In this document: positions 13,806 through 25,530 of the stretch, in pieces
Layout: each line of letters starts with the position of its first letter
Numbering within the stretch: position 1 is the stretch's first letter
From: Octopus sinensis
Lineage: Eukaryota
Length of the DNA: 64,000 nucleotides
Assembly (NCBI RefSeq): GCF_006345805.1
Contig: NC_043002.1
Location: 84,692,001 to 84,756,000, forward strand
Direction of reading: 5' to 3'
Notes under the pieces: model-generated
What the model was told of the DNA's origin: nothing
Database searches by the model: none
What the model saw: only the letters and a program-made list of their open reading frames with translations
Made by a program: the position numbers and the translations under genes

Positions 13806-14260
13806 TATAGATAAGAAAGTTTGTTTGGTAAAGCACGTGGGTGAATATATAAGAAAATAGTAAAGAGTGAAAAAACGACAGAAGGCTTAAATGTTAAAAA
13901 ATATATATATTTGTGTCAAAATGTCTGGAGAATATTGGAAAAAATTTTTTTTCCTTTCCTTAAAATGACATAATTTAAAAATTTTTTTTAAGAAATTACC
14001 GGTTTCGCGCGTAGCTTTTCAAATTTCTTGTGACGTTATGTTTATATTGCGTGGAGTTATCGTTGTGTTTATTTTCAGGAGATTTCTAAATAAGGGGAGG
14101 TAGTGAGTGATTTCTTCCGGTGTAAGGGAGATAATCGCTTAAAATTTTTTTCCCTTTCCCTTGTTAATTTCTCTGTGTCAGTATGTTCGGATGGTTGAGT
14201 CTGGGTTTGTACTTTTCAATGAAAAATGTTTCCTTGTTCAGTCTCATTTGTGTTGATGAT

Positions 14261-14380
14261 CCATTTTACCAATGTGCTTTCGGATCATCAACACAAATGA
14301 GACTGAACAAGGAAACATTTTTCATTGAAAAGTACAAACCCAGACTCAACCATCCGAACATACTGACACAGAGAAATTAA
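14261..14380 (+). pseudogene. Penelope GIY-YIG endonuclease extreme C-terminus
   Basis: PFYQCAFGSSTQMRLNKETFFIEKYKPRLN matches the PLE terminal motif PFY..R..KE..FI.K.KP.LN and reads through the palindrome spacer. Confidence 0.75.
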
Positions 14381-14515
14381 CAAGGGAAAGGGAAAAAAAT
14401 TTTTAAGCGATTATCTCCCTTACACCGGAAGAAATCACTCACTACCTCCCCTTATTTAGAAATCTCCTGAAAATAAACACAACGATAACTCCATGCAATA
14501 TAAACATAACGTCAC

Positions 14516-14555
14516 AAGAAATTTGAAAAGCTACACGCGAAACCGGTAATTTCTT
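14516..14555 (+). ncRNA. Minimal hammerhead with U3-A8 core (mirror copy 13990-14029, minus strand)
   Basis: AAGAAAT-TTGAAAA-GC TACAC GC-GAAAC-CG-GTA-ATTTCTT: 7-bp stem I, palindromic ACCGGT stem III, located downstream of the GIY-YIG stop. Confidence 0.7.
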
Positions 14556-14692
14556 AAAAAAAATTTTTAAATTATGTCATTTTAAGGAAAGGAAAAAAAA
14601 TTTTTTCCAATATTCTCCAGACATTTTGACACAAATATATATATTTTTAACATTTAAGCCTTCTGTCGTTTTTTCACTCTTTACTATTTTCT

Positions 14693-14740
<48 letters not shown>

Positions 14741-15162
14741 AAAATGGAGAAACAAATTCATTTCGATCATCAACTTACGGATATTACAATTTCACATTAT
14801 TTATTAATTATACAAGTGGGAACATCAAAATCGAACAAAACAATATACATCATCAATATGTAATATGATATCAGAAATATTAAATTTCTAAATATCTCAT
14901 AGAGATATGTACGGTGGTGGGGCGATAGAATGGTTGTATACTGTCAATTTAACGTGACAGTAGGGGATTACACCACCGCTGTTTAGCCCTAGGAAGCATT
15001 GACGCCTCCTGATGGCTTCGACACATTTTTTCCTGTGTCCTTATATATTTACGAAGGGGAGACAAATACTCCCAGCAGTCAGGCTTGCATCTAGAGACAC
15101 GCATGTTTCAGGATCTTTGTCCATCATCGGTCTAGAGTAGCAGCAGCCCGCCAGCCGCAGAT

Positions 15163-16797
15163 GAATCTTTATTATAGGCACAATGGCCCGAATGAAGAGG
15201 GGACATAACAATACAGGACATGGGATACATATAACAAAAATACAAAAAGGATGGTATGAGAATGAAATATTTATAACGAATCAAATGGAATGGCTTACGA
15301 GCCCCTCAAAGCTCGCAGTTTCATTTACAATTACAATTGTGCTATCCGGGGCGTTCATCCGTAATGTAATCCTCCTGTTCTATAACACTTGGCAAACTGT
15401 CATATCGAATGTATCGCATTACGTCTACAGCTATATTTGAATACACATTTATTAATTTCATTACTGTCTCTCTTTCTTCTACAATTGCCGCCTTTATTTG
15501 GTCATCGATATCTTCGGGTTCAGTTTTACTCTAGTTAGATTTTTCATATTCGCTAATTTCTTCTCAATTTCTTTGGCCTTTTTGTACAACATTATAGCTT
15601 TGAGATTCCTTCCTTACATATTTTCAGTTGTTCTTACATTTTTCTTTCCCATTCTTTCTCTTCCTCCCACATTAAAACTTCACTCACTTTCGTTTTTGTA
15701 TCTCTCTCTTCGTGCGTTCGATCCTCTATCTTGTCGGTAGACTTCTTTTTAGCTTTTTTCTTTTTTTGTGCTTTGGGTGGTGATTCCACCCGCGTTCTCT
15801 TTCTATCCTCTTTTTCTTCTGTTCTTTCCTTTTCTTTCTCCTTCACCAACTCGTCACCACTTTCCACATTATCTGTAGTCACGATTTCCTCTTCCGCTTG
15901 CAATTCCACATTCGCCTTTTGTAACTCCTCTGTCAAAGCCTCCAGTGTTATCGTCTTCTCTTGTACTTCTCTTAGCGGACACATATCCTTCATGTGGCCT
16001 CTAATTTTACATTTATAACACACTGGGGGGTCTCCCCTCTGCCACGATTCTGAGACGTGTCTCGTCGGGGAACACCAACTCCTCTGGGATGTTATACAGG
16101 TCTGGCATGGTTATGTGAACCAAAGCCTGCACCTCATAACCCCACCAATTTATTTATTTCGACTTTTCTACCTTCAGTATGTCGACGCTCTCTTTGCAGT
16201 TGAATATTATTGCCGCTACAATTCTTTCCGTGTCCAGTTCCGGTGAAATTTTACTAATCCGTATTCTCACTGCTCTTTTTCCACAATAGCTAGGTAGTAA
16301 CACCCATTTTTCGGATTTCAATACTGTCGTGGCGTTTCTCTTCGCTTCGTCTTTGTTTTCAAAACGAACGTCTACTGTCGCGTATTTTCTACCTCTATTG
16401 TAGAAGGTAGTTTTTCCTTTAATTTCCTGTAGATACTTCTCGATTTCTTCACCTCTGCTTCTTCTATTCTCTTCGAAACCTCACTCCACGTTCTGTGCGT
16501 TATAATTCTCTTCTCAGCTTCTTTCACTTCGTCTTCAGGTGGTGTGACCCTCAGACAATCACCTTCCTTCTTGAAGCTGTCGTAGTACTTCCTCAAACTC
16601 TCCTTCTCGATAACTATTTCTTCCAACTGTAGTTCGCTCGCAACCAGGCCTTTGCCTGCTGCTCCCGCATAAGTTTGGCTTGCATACCCAACAAAAACTC
16701 CAACAATTCACCACGCCGTAACAACTTCCAACAACAAAATCCAACTCACAACCGCAATACACAATAACCGTAATACAAAATAACCGACACAAACACT
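15163..16797 (-). mobile_element. ORF1-only non-autonomous non-LTR retroelement, copy 1
   Basis: 17-bp TSD GCCCGCCAGCCGCAGAT at 15146-15162 and 16798-16814. The 5' end is AGTGTTTGTG and the 3' end is AATAAAGATTC, with no ORF2. Confidence 0.85.
15342..16685 (-). pseudogene. ORF1/gag-like protein (RRM-like region, CCHC knuckle, E/K-rich region), ~445 codons, several lesions
   Basis: Joined frames give KYATVDVRF..LLPSYCGKRAVRIRI..EGRPP-CYKCKIRGHMKDMC (CX2CX4HX4C)..ITDERPG*. Confidence 0.8.
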
Positions 16798-16936
16798 GCC
16801 CGCCAGCCGCAGATATCTGTCCCGACTTCGTAAATATATATCTAATTTTCAGTGAAGTTATTCACTGATTACCAAAATCAGAAATATTAAATTTCTAAAT
16901 ATCTCATAGAGATATGTACGGTGGTGTGGCGATAGA

Positions 16937-17820
16937 ATGTTGTATACTGTCAATTTAACTTGACAGTAGGGGATTACACCACCGCTGTTTAGCCCTAGGA
17001 AGCATCGACGCCTCCTGATGGCTTCGACACATTTTTTCCTGTGTCCTTACATTTTTACGAAGGGGAGACAAATACCCCCAGCAGCCAGGCCTGCATCTAG
17101 AGACACGCATGATTCAGGATCTTTGTCCATCATCGGTCTAGAGTAGCAGAAGCCCGCCAGCCGCAGATATTTGTCCCGACTTCGTAAATATATATATCTA
17201 ATTTTCAGTGAAGTTTATTCACTGATACCAAAATCAGAAATATTAAATTTCTAATATCTCATAGAGATATGTACGGTGGTGGAGCGATAGAATGGTTGTA
17301 TACTGTCAATTTAACTTGATAGTATAGGATTACACCACCGCTGTAAATATATGACACAGGAAAAAATGTGTCGAAGCCATCAGGAGGCGTCGATGCTTCC
17401 TAGGGCTAAACAGCGGTGATGTAATCCCCTACTGTCAGTTAAATTGACAGTATACAACCATTCTATCGCCCCACCACCGTACATATCTCTATGAGATATT
17501 TAGAAATTTAATATTTCTGATTTTGGTAATCAGTGAATAAACTTCACTGAAAATTAGATATATATATTTACGAAGTCGGGACAGATATCTGCGGCTGGCG
17601 GGCTTCTGCTACTCTAGACCGATGATGGACAAAGATCCTGAAACATGCGTGTCTCTAGATGCAGGCCTGGCTGCTGGGGGTATTTGTCTCCCCTTCGTAA
17701 ATATATAAGGACACAGGAAAAAAATGTGTCGAAGCCATCAGGAGGCGTCGATGCTTCCTAGGGCTAAACAGCGGTGGTGTAATCCCCTACTGTCACGTTA
17801 AATTGACAGTATACAACCAT
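16937..17820. repeat. Fold-back inverted repeat (~405-bp arms, ~65-nt loop) in the 358-bp tandem unit; duplicated at ~20364-21250
   Basis: Forward array stops at CCGCTGT (17344) and continues as the reverse complement of the unit. Confidence 0.9.
17056..17186. mobile_element. 131-bp MITE-like element, empty copy
   Basis: Imperfect TIRs TACGAAGGGGAGACAAATA / TATTTGTCCCGACTTCGTA. Other empty copies at 17569-17699, 20483-20613 and 20999-21129; an interrupted copy spans 15050-16832. Confidence 0.7.
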
Positions 17821-18115
17821 GTAATATAATAATAAAAATCAAAATAATACAAATAAACTGCTCCATACAGCTGTTTCAGCCTATGGTCAAGAGTCAATTC
17901 AACTTAAATTGCCTATAGATGCCAGTGTAATATAGTTCTACGCATTAAAAATTATACTTGTATGTTTAAATAACCAAAGGCCTCGTCAGAAGATTTAAAT
18001 AACTAGAAAAGTATAATAATAATGTTGATATATAAAACATGCTTCACTTACTATCCAATAAAAACGAATAAATAAATAATATGACAAATGTTCAAAATAC
18101 ACCCACGCGCAAATA
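17821..18115 (-). mobile_element. PLE pseudo-LTR-like segment with long-loop hammerhead (17860-17995; copy 21290-21425)
   Basis: CTGACGA-GGCCTTTGG...CCATAGGCT-GAAAC-AGCT-GTA with palindromic CAGCTG; stem I is imperfect. Confidence 0.65.
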
Positions 18116-18117
18116 TA

Positions 18118-18166
<49 letters not shown>

Positions 18167-18587
18167 AAAATGGAGAAACAAATTCATTTCGATCATCAAC
18201 TTACGGATATTACAATTTCACATTATTTATTAATTATACAAGTGGGAACATCAAAATCGAACAAAACATATACATCATCAATATGTAATATGATATCAGA
18301 AATATTAAATTTCTAAATATCTCATAGAGATATGTACGGTGGTGGGGCGATAGAATGGTTGTATACTGTCAATTTAACGTGACAGTAGGGGATTACACCA
18401 CCGCTGTTTAGCCCTAGGAAGCATTGACGCCTCCTGATGGCTTCGACACATTTTTTCCTGTGTCCTTATATATTTACGAAGGGGAGACAAATACTCCCAG
18501 CAGTCAGGCTTGCATCTAGAGACACGCATGTTTCAGGATCTTTGTCCATCATCGGTCTAGAGTAGCAGCAGCCCGCCAGCCGCAGAT

Positions 18588-20220
18588 GAATCTTTATTAT
18601 AGGCACAATGGCCCGAATGAAGAGGGGACATAACAATACAGGACATGGGATACATATAACAAAAATACAAAAAGGATGGTATGAGAATGAAATATTTATA
18701 ACGAATCAAATGGAATGGCTTACGAGCCCCTCAAAGCTCGCAGTTTCATTTACAATTACAATTGTGCTATCCGGGGCGTTCATCCGTAATGTAATCCTCC
18801 TGTTCTATAACACTTGGCAAACTGTCATATCGAATGTATCGCATTACGTCTACAGCTATATTTGAATACACATTTATTAATTTCATTACTGTCTCTCTTT
18901 CTACAATTGCCGCCTTTATTTGGTCATCGAATATCTTCGGGTTCAGTTTTACTCTAGTTAGATTTTTCATATTCGCTAATTTCTTCTCAATTTCTTTGGC
19001 CTTTTTGTACAACATTATAGCTTTGAGATTCCTTCCTTACATATTTTCAGTTGTTCTTACATTTTTCTTTCCCATTCTTTCTCTTCCTCCCACATTAAAA
19101 CTTCACTCACTTTCGTTTTTGTATCTCTCTCTTCGTGCGTTCGATCCTCTATCTTGTCGGTAGACTTCTTTTTAGCTTTTTTCTTTTTTTGTGCTTTGGG
19201 TGGTGATTCCACCCGCGTTCTCTTTCTATCCTCTTTTTCTTCTGTTCTTTCCTTTTCTTTCTCCTTCACCAACTCGTCACCACTTTCCACATTATCTGTA
19301 GTCACGATTTCCTCTTCCGCTTGCAATTCCACATTCGCCTTTTGTAACTCCTCTGTCAAAGCCTCCAGTGTTATCGTCTTCTCTTGTACTTCTCTTAGCG
19401 GACACATATCCTTCATGTGGCCTCTAATTTTACATTTATAACACACTGGGGGGTCTCCCCTCCACCACGATTCTGAGACGTGTCTCGTCGGGGAACACCA
19501 ACTCCTCTGGGATGTTATACAGGTCTGGCATGGTTATGTGAACCAAAGCCTGCACCTCATAACCCCACCAATTTATTTATTTCGACTTTTCTACCTTCAG
19601 TATGTCGACGCTCTCTTGCAGTTGAATATTATTGCCGCTACAATTCTTTCCGTGTCCAGTTCCGGTGAAATTTTACTAATCCGTATTCTCACTGCTCTTT
19701 TTCCACAATAGCTAGGTAGTAACACCCATTTTTCGGATTTCAATACTGTCGTGGCGTTTCTCTTCGCTTCGTCTTTGTTTTCAAAACGAACGTCTACTGT
19801 CGCGTATTTTCTACCTCTATTGTAGAAGGTAGTTTTTCCTTTAATTTCCTGTAGATACTTCTCGATTTCTTCCACCTCTGCTTCTTCTATTCTCTTCGAA
19901 ACCTCACTCCACGTTCTGTGCGTTATAATTCTCTTCTCAGCTTCTTTCACTTCGTCTTCAGGTGGTGTGACCCTCAGACAATCACCTTCCTTCTTGAAGC
20001 TGTCGTAGTACTTCCTCAAACTCTCTTTCTCGATAACTATTTCTTCCAACTGTAGTTCGCTCGCAGCCAGGCCTTTGCCTGCTGCTCCCGCATAAGTTTG
20101 GCTTGCATACCCAACAAAAACTCCAACAATTCACCACGCCGTAACAACTTCCAACAACAAAATCCAACTCACAACCGCAATACACAATAACCGTAATACA
20201 AAATAACCGACACAAACACT
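18588..20220 (-). mobile_element. ORF1-only retroelement, copy 2 (pseudo-CDS 18767-20108)
   Basis: Same TSD at 18571-18587 and 20221-20237; shares most lesions with copy 1. Confidence 0.85.
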
Positions 20221-21539
20221 GCCCGCCAGCCGCAGATATCTGTCCCGACTTCGTAAATATATATATCTAATTTTCAGTGAAGTTTATTCACTGATTACCA
20301 AAATCAGAAATATTAAATTTCTAAATATCTCATAGAGATATGTACGGTGGTGTGGCGATAGAATGGTTGTATACTGTCAATTTAACTTGACAGTAGGGGA
20401 TTACACCACCGCTGTTTAGCCCTAGGAAGCATCGACGCCTCCTGATGGCTTCGACACATTTTTTCCTGTGTCCTTACATTTTTACGAAGGGGAGACAAAT
20501 ACCCCCAGCAGCCAGGCCTGCATCTAGAGACACGCATGATTCAGGATCTTTGTCCATCATCGGTCTAGAGTAGCAGAAGCCCGCCAGCCGCAGATATTTG
20601 TCCCGACTTCGTAAATATATATATCTAATTTTCAGTGAAGTTTATTCACTGATTACCAAAATCAGAAATATTAAATTTCTAAATATCTCATAGAGATATG
20701 TACGGTGGTGGAGCGATAGAATGGTTGTATACTGTCAATTTAACTTGATAGTATAGGATTACACCACCGCTGTAAATATATGACACAGGAAAAAATGTGT
20801 CGAAGCCATCAGGAGGCGTCGATGCTTCCTAGGGCTAAACAGCGGTGATGTAATCCCCTACTGTCAAGTTAAATTGACAGTATACAACCATTCTATCGCC
20901 ACACCACCGTACATATCTCTATGAGATATTTAGAAATTTAATATTTCTGATTTTGGTAATCAGTGAATAAACTTCACTGAAAATTAAATATATATATTTA
21001 CGAAGTCGGGACAGATATCTGCGGCTGGCGGGCTTCTGCTACTCTAGACCGATGATGGACAAAGATCCTGAATTATGCGTGTCTCTAGATGCAGGCCTGG
21101 CTGCTGGGGGTATTTGTCTCCCCTTCGTAAATATATAAGGACACAGGAAAAAAATGTGTCGAAGCCATCAGGAGGCGTCGATGCTTCCTAGGGCTAAACA
21201 GCGGTGGTGTAATCCCCTACTGTCACGTTAAATTGACAGTATACAACCATGTAATATAATAATAAAAATCAAAATAATACAAATAAACTGCTCCATACAG
21301 CTGTTTCAGCCTATGGTCAAGAGTCAATTCAACTTAAATTGCCTATAGATGCCAGTGTAATATAGTTCTACGCATTAAAAATTATACTTGTATGTTTAAA
21401 TAACCAAAGGCCTCGTCAGAAGATTTAAATAACTAGAAAAGTATAATAATAATGTTGATATATAAAACATGCTTCACTTACTATTCAATAAAAACGAATA
21501 AATAAATAATATGACAAATGTTCAAAATACACCCACGCG

Positions 21540-21575
<36 letters not shown>

Positions 21576-22554
21576 AACACATATATACATATAGAAAAAA
21601 TATACAAATATGCATACATATACATATACATACATAGGCAAATCGTACATAGTAAACACATGTGCAAAATACATAAAGAACAACATTGAACAATATATTA
21701 CATTACATTGGGTACATCATGCTTCTTATATTCCAGTAAATGCATTCTAACGTAATATACTACCACTTTTAACAGTACCAACAGTATTGTTGTTTTAACG
21801 ATAATACTAAACAACATAACAAAAATTCATGAAACAAGGTACGAAGTATAAATATTCATACATACACAAATATATATACACATATGCACAAACAAGATAT
21901 TTGCGTATGAATATATTAATCATACAAATATAATCCAAATATTACTTAACGCATCCACTTAACACGAACAAGTTTAATTCTAGCATCCAAAACATTCAAT
22001 CCGAATTATATGTCCAGGCATGGTTAGGTCCACAAAATATAAGTCTCTGTTATATGCATATTGGATTTCACAATGTTTACATTTATGTTATATGGATATT
22101 AAAATTAATACATCCACATAATCAAATAAATTTAATTTTTAAAAACATAGTAGTAACTTAAACTCCATGTCCAAGTTTAATTTAGTCCGAAGTTTGCGTT
22201 AATGTATGCATATTAAATATATAAAGATATTTAAAATTATATTGCGGGTTAGTGAGCAGTCATTTAAATTATTGGCTATTTAACCTATGCATATTAAATA
22301 TTTAAAATATATTAGGGTTTAGGGAGCGGTCACGTAAATTCTTGATCTATTTCCAATTGGCTAATTCATTTAAATGCATCCGTTAGGCCTGTTTTAAAAC
22401 AATATGGGGTCAGAAAGTAAGTTAAATAGATCATAGTAGTTTATCTAAACTGAATAAAATGTTGACTAAAAGTACAATCATTTATATGTTAAAACTTGGA
22501 TAGGTATATAAGCAACAGACACCTATATATATACATACATAATGACATAATGTG

Positions 22555-22754
<200 letters not shown>

Positions 22755-22765
22755 ATATTATATAT

Positions 22766-22828
<63 letters not shown>

Positions 22829-22829
<1 letters not shown>

Positions 22830-23175
22830 AAGGCGCATGGCTCAGTGGTTAGAGCGTCGAGCTTACGATCGTGAGGTTGTGAGCTCGAATCCCGGACGGG
22901 GCTGCGTGTTGTGTTCTTGAGCAAGGCACTTTATTTCACGTTGCTCCAGTTCACTCAGCTGTAGAAATGAGTTGCGACGTCACAGGTGCCAAGCTGTATC
23001 GGCCCTTGCGTTTCCCTTGGACAACATCGGTGACGTGGAGAGGGGAGGCCGGTATGCATGGGCGACTGCTGGTCTTCCATAAAAAAAAAAACAACCTTGC
23101 CCAGACTTGTGCCTCAGAGGGTATCTCTCTAGGTGCAAACCCATGGTCAGTGCCTGACTGAAGGGGGTCTTTACC

Positions 23176-23180
<5 letters not shown>
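22829..23180 (+). mobile_element. tRNA-derived SINE, family D, full length, within (TA)n
   Basis: GGCGCATGGCTCAGTGGTTAGAG A box, GAGCTCGAATCCC B box, then a CORE-like TTGAGCAAGGCACTT segment. Confidence 0.9.
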
Positions 23181-23228
<48 letters not shown>

Positions 23229-23598
23229 TATATATATGCTTGAATATATGTGAGATAATAGTTTCACTTTTAATTAGTTTCAGTATTAATAGTGAAACTA
23301 TTAAAACTGAAAGTATTATCTCACATTACAATAGAGATGTTATTGTTTCGCTCTTGAGATGTAATATGGAAATAGTGTAAGAGACATAAGACTGCTCTGG
23401 CTTCGCATTAGGCATGAAGTTGAAAATGTGTTTGGCCCATTACACTGCATGGACCCTAAATAAGGCATTTGTAAAATTCGAATGAAATCGGTTGCGTAGT
23501 TCTCGAGTTTTAGTAATGCACACATACAGACGCACACACAGACGGACAGACACTCATTCTCATATATAAATATTAATATATTAATATATATATGTGTG

Positions 23599-24448
23599 TA
23601 CGAGGTGGTATCAAAAAGTTCCCGGACTAGTTCTATTGCGCGCCAGCAAATGGCAGCACACGGTTGCATGTACAATGAGAGATAACAGCGTCCTACATGA
23701 GGCAGTGTGCCGAGTGACATCACTGTGTTTACTTTGCAAATTTGTGTTTCAACGATTTTCGTCATGGACAGCAAATTGGAATTTTGTGTTAAAATTGAGA
23801 TGTCTGCTACAGAGATATTGAGCACGCTTCGGCAAACTTACAGCGACGAGGCAACGGGTCGTACGCAATGTTCCGAGAAGTAGTGGCGCTTCAAAAGCGG
23901 AAGGACGTCCCTAGAAGACGACGAGGGATCTGAAAGACCTGCTACAAGCGTCACCCTCATAGATGTGAAGAAAATTCATCAGCTTGTGCATGAGGATCGT
24001 CGGAGAGCAATCAACGACATTGCTGATGTTGTTGGTTTTTCGTATGCGTCCGTGCAGGCAATCCTATCGGCTAGATTCTTCATGATGACAATGCACCGTG
24101 TCACCGAGCACTTCTTAATGGTGAATTTATCGCCAAAAATCAACATGGCATCGCTCCCGTCCCCACCTCTATTCGCCAGATTTACCACCTGCGGACTTCC
24201 ATCTCTTTTCCAAGATGAAAAAGTAGCTCAAAGGTCACGGTTATCGAGATCCAGAGCGAATCGCAAAAGGTCCTCGACTCGCTTACGGAAAACGACCTTC
24301 AGTCCGGAGTCTAAAACTGGCAGGAACGCTGGGACCGGTTTATTGCAGCGCAAGGTAAATATTTCGAAGGAGATGATGTCAAAATTTGGTAAATAAGCTA
24401 CTTTTTATTAAACATAACTAGTCTTGGAATTCTTTGATACCAGTTATA
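23599..24448 (+). mobile_element. Internally deleted mariner element
   Basis: TIRs TACGAGGTGGTATCAAAAAGTTCCCGGACTAGTT / AACTAGTCTTGGAATTCTTTGATACCAGTTATA. Remnants RFKSGRTSLEDDE, HEDRRRAINDIA, HDDNAPCH and AQGKYFEG. Confidence 0.9.
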
Positions 24449-25159
24449 GTTGTGATGATCATTCTTGTATTTTCCAACAACAACTTGTTATTGTTATTTA
24501 ACCCCACGTCGGTCTTGATTCAGCAGATCTATGATCAAATGCATTCAGACTTGACCATCCCATCTTCATGCAAGTAGTGTTCATATACGGCCACATTATC
24601 CATTGTCCTTTTTTTATATAACAGTTAAGTGTGGATGAAATTTGACTGCTATTTCTAGTAAGGTAATCTACTAGAAAATCGGATCGGTGTCGTAGATTCA
24701 GTTAGCTAACATTTTAACCACTTCTTCAACAATTCTAAACCAAATGTGATATACGTATGCGCATAAGCATGGCTGGGTGATTTAGAAGCTTGCTTTAATC
24801 TCACTGTCCAACATCTCGAGTCCTCTATTATAGCCTCAGATCGGTCAAAGCTTTTTGAATAGAATTTGGTAGATGGAGACTGTGTGGAAACCTACTAGAG
24901 GAACCTTTCATATTCTTGGGTACTAGACATAACCTATCGCTCGGTTTAGCACCAGCACCTGGCTCTTGGGTGCCTTTAGCCGAATCACTTCTGTTACAAG
25001 CATCCGGGCAGCACTTCGCTATGAGGAAAAAGTCACTCCTTTCCCTTGGAAAAGATCATAGGAACCGTGATCCCTCCTCTAACTGAGCCATGACAAAATG
25101 ATATTGAGAAATTTGCTTTCGAATTTTGGAAGAAAGCCAGCAATTTCGTAGGCGATGTA

Positions 25160-25530
25160 AAGTCAATTACATCGACCCAGTACCCAACAAGTAATATTTT
25201 ATCGAACCCGAAATGACGAAAGGCAAGGACGACCTCATCGGAATCTGAACTCAGAACGTAAAGCCGGACGAAATGCCACTAAGCATTTTGCCAGGCATGC
25301 TAACAGTTCTGCCAGCTCGCCGCCTTAATAATATTCTTTTCTACTCTATGCACAAGGCCTGAAATTTTTTGGGAGGAGGCCAGTCGATTAGATCGACCCC
25401 AGTATGCAACTGGTACATAATTTATCGACCCCGAAAGGATGACAGGCAAAGTCGAACTCGGCGGAATTTGAACTCAGAACGTAAAGACAGACGAAATACC
25501 TGTAAACATTTCTGCTTGCTCGCCGTCTTA
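25160..25530 (-). mobile_element. Two adjacent SINE family C copies
   Basis: Each carries the family C core and ends in CCAGCTCGCCGCC or similar (the head on the minus strand). Confidence 0.85.

Larger units (their letters stand above)
13845..14699. repeat. Near-perfect palindrome (~418-bp arms, 19-nt spacer) of a PLE 3' end
   Basis: Arms 13845-14262 and 14282-14699 differ by a few substitutions; spacer ATTTTACCAATGTGCTTTC. Confidence 0.95.
14738..21545. repeat. Tandem duplication of a ~3.43-kb unit (14738-18115 and 18164-21545)
   Basis: The two copies are roughly 99% identical by eye and are bounded by (TA)n tracts at ~14700-14737, ~18112-18163 and ~21541-21570. Confidence 0.95.

Noticed and set aside
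13845-14699. All palindromes as library or assembly chimeras
   Set aside because: The arms carry substitutions, up to ~20% at 63115-63850, which argues for genomic age. An artefact is not fully excluded for the youngest ones.
15005-15030. CTGATGGCTTCGACAC in the 358-bp unit as a hammerhead
   Set aside because: It lacks A9, GAAA and pairing stems.
17205-17225. Linker hairpin as a Helitron 3' terminus
   Set aside because: No CTRR end follows at the expected distance on either strand.
16798-17820. CRISPR-like or regularly interspaced array
   Set aside because: Whole 358-bp units repeat without unique spacers, and the context is eukaryotic.
15183-19668. Plus-strand ORFs such as 15183-15440, 15731-16018 and 18834-19163
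   Set aside because: They are antisense shadows of the purine-rich ORF1 on the minus strand.
21570-22520. Minus-strand CKHC...CFGC pattern as a zinc-binding or GIY-YIG gene
   Set aside because: Short, flanked by stops and with no recognisable family motif; could be PLE debris but is not supportable.
22829-22905. tRNA-like heads here and at 1552 and 51303
   Set aside because: They continue into SINE bodies and tails, so they are not stand-alone tRNA genes.
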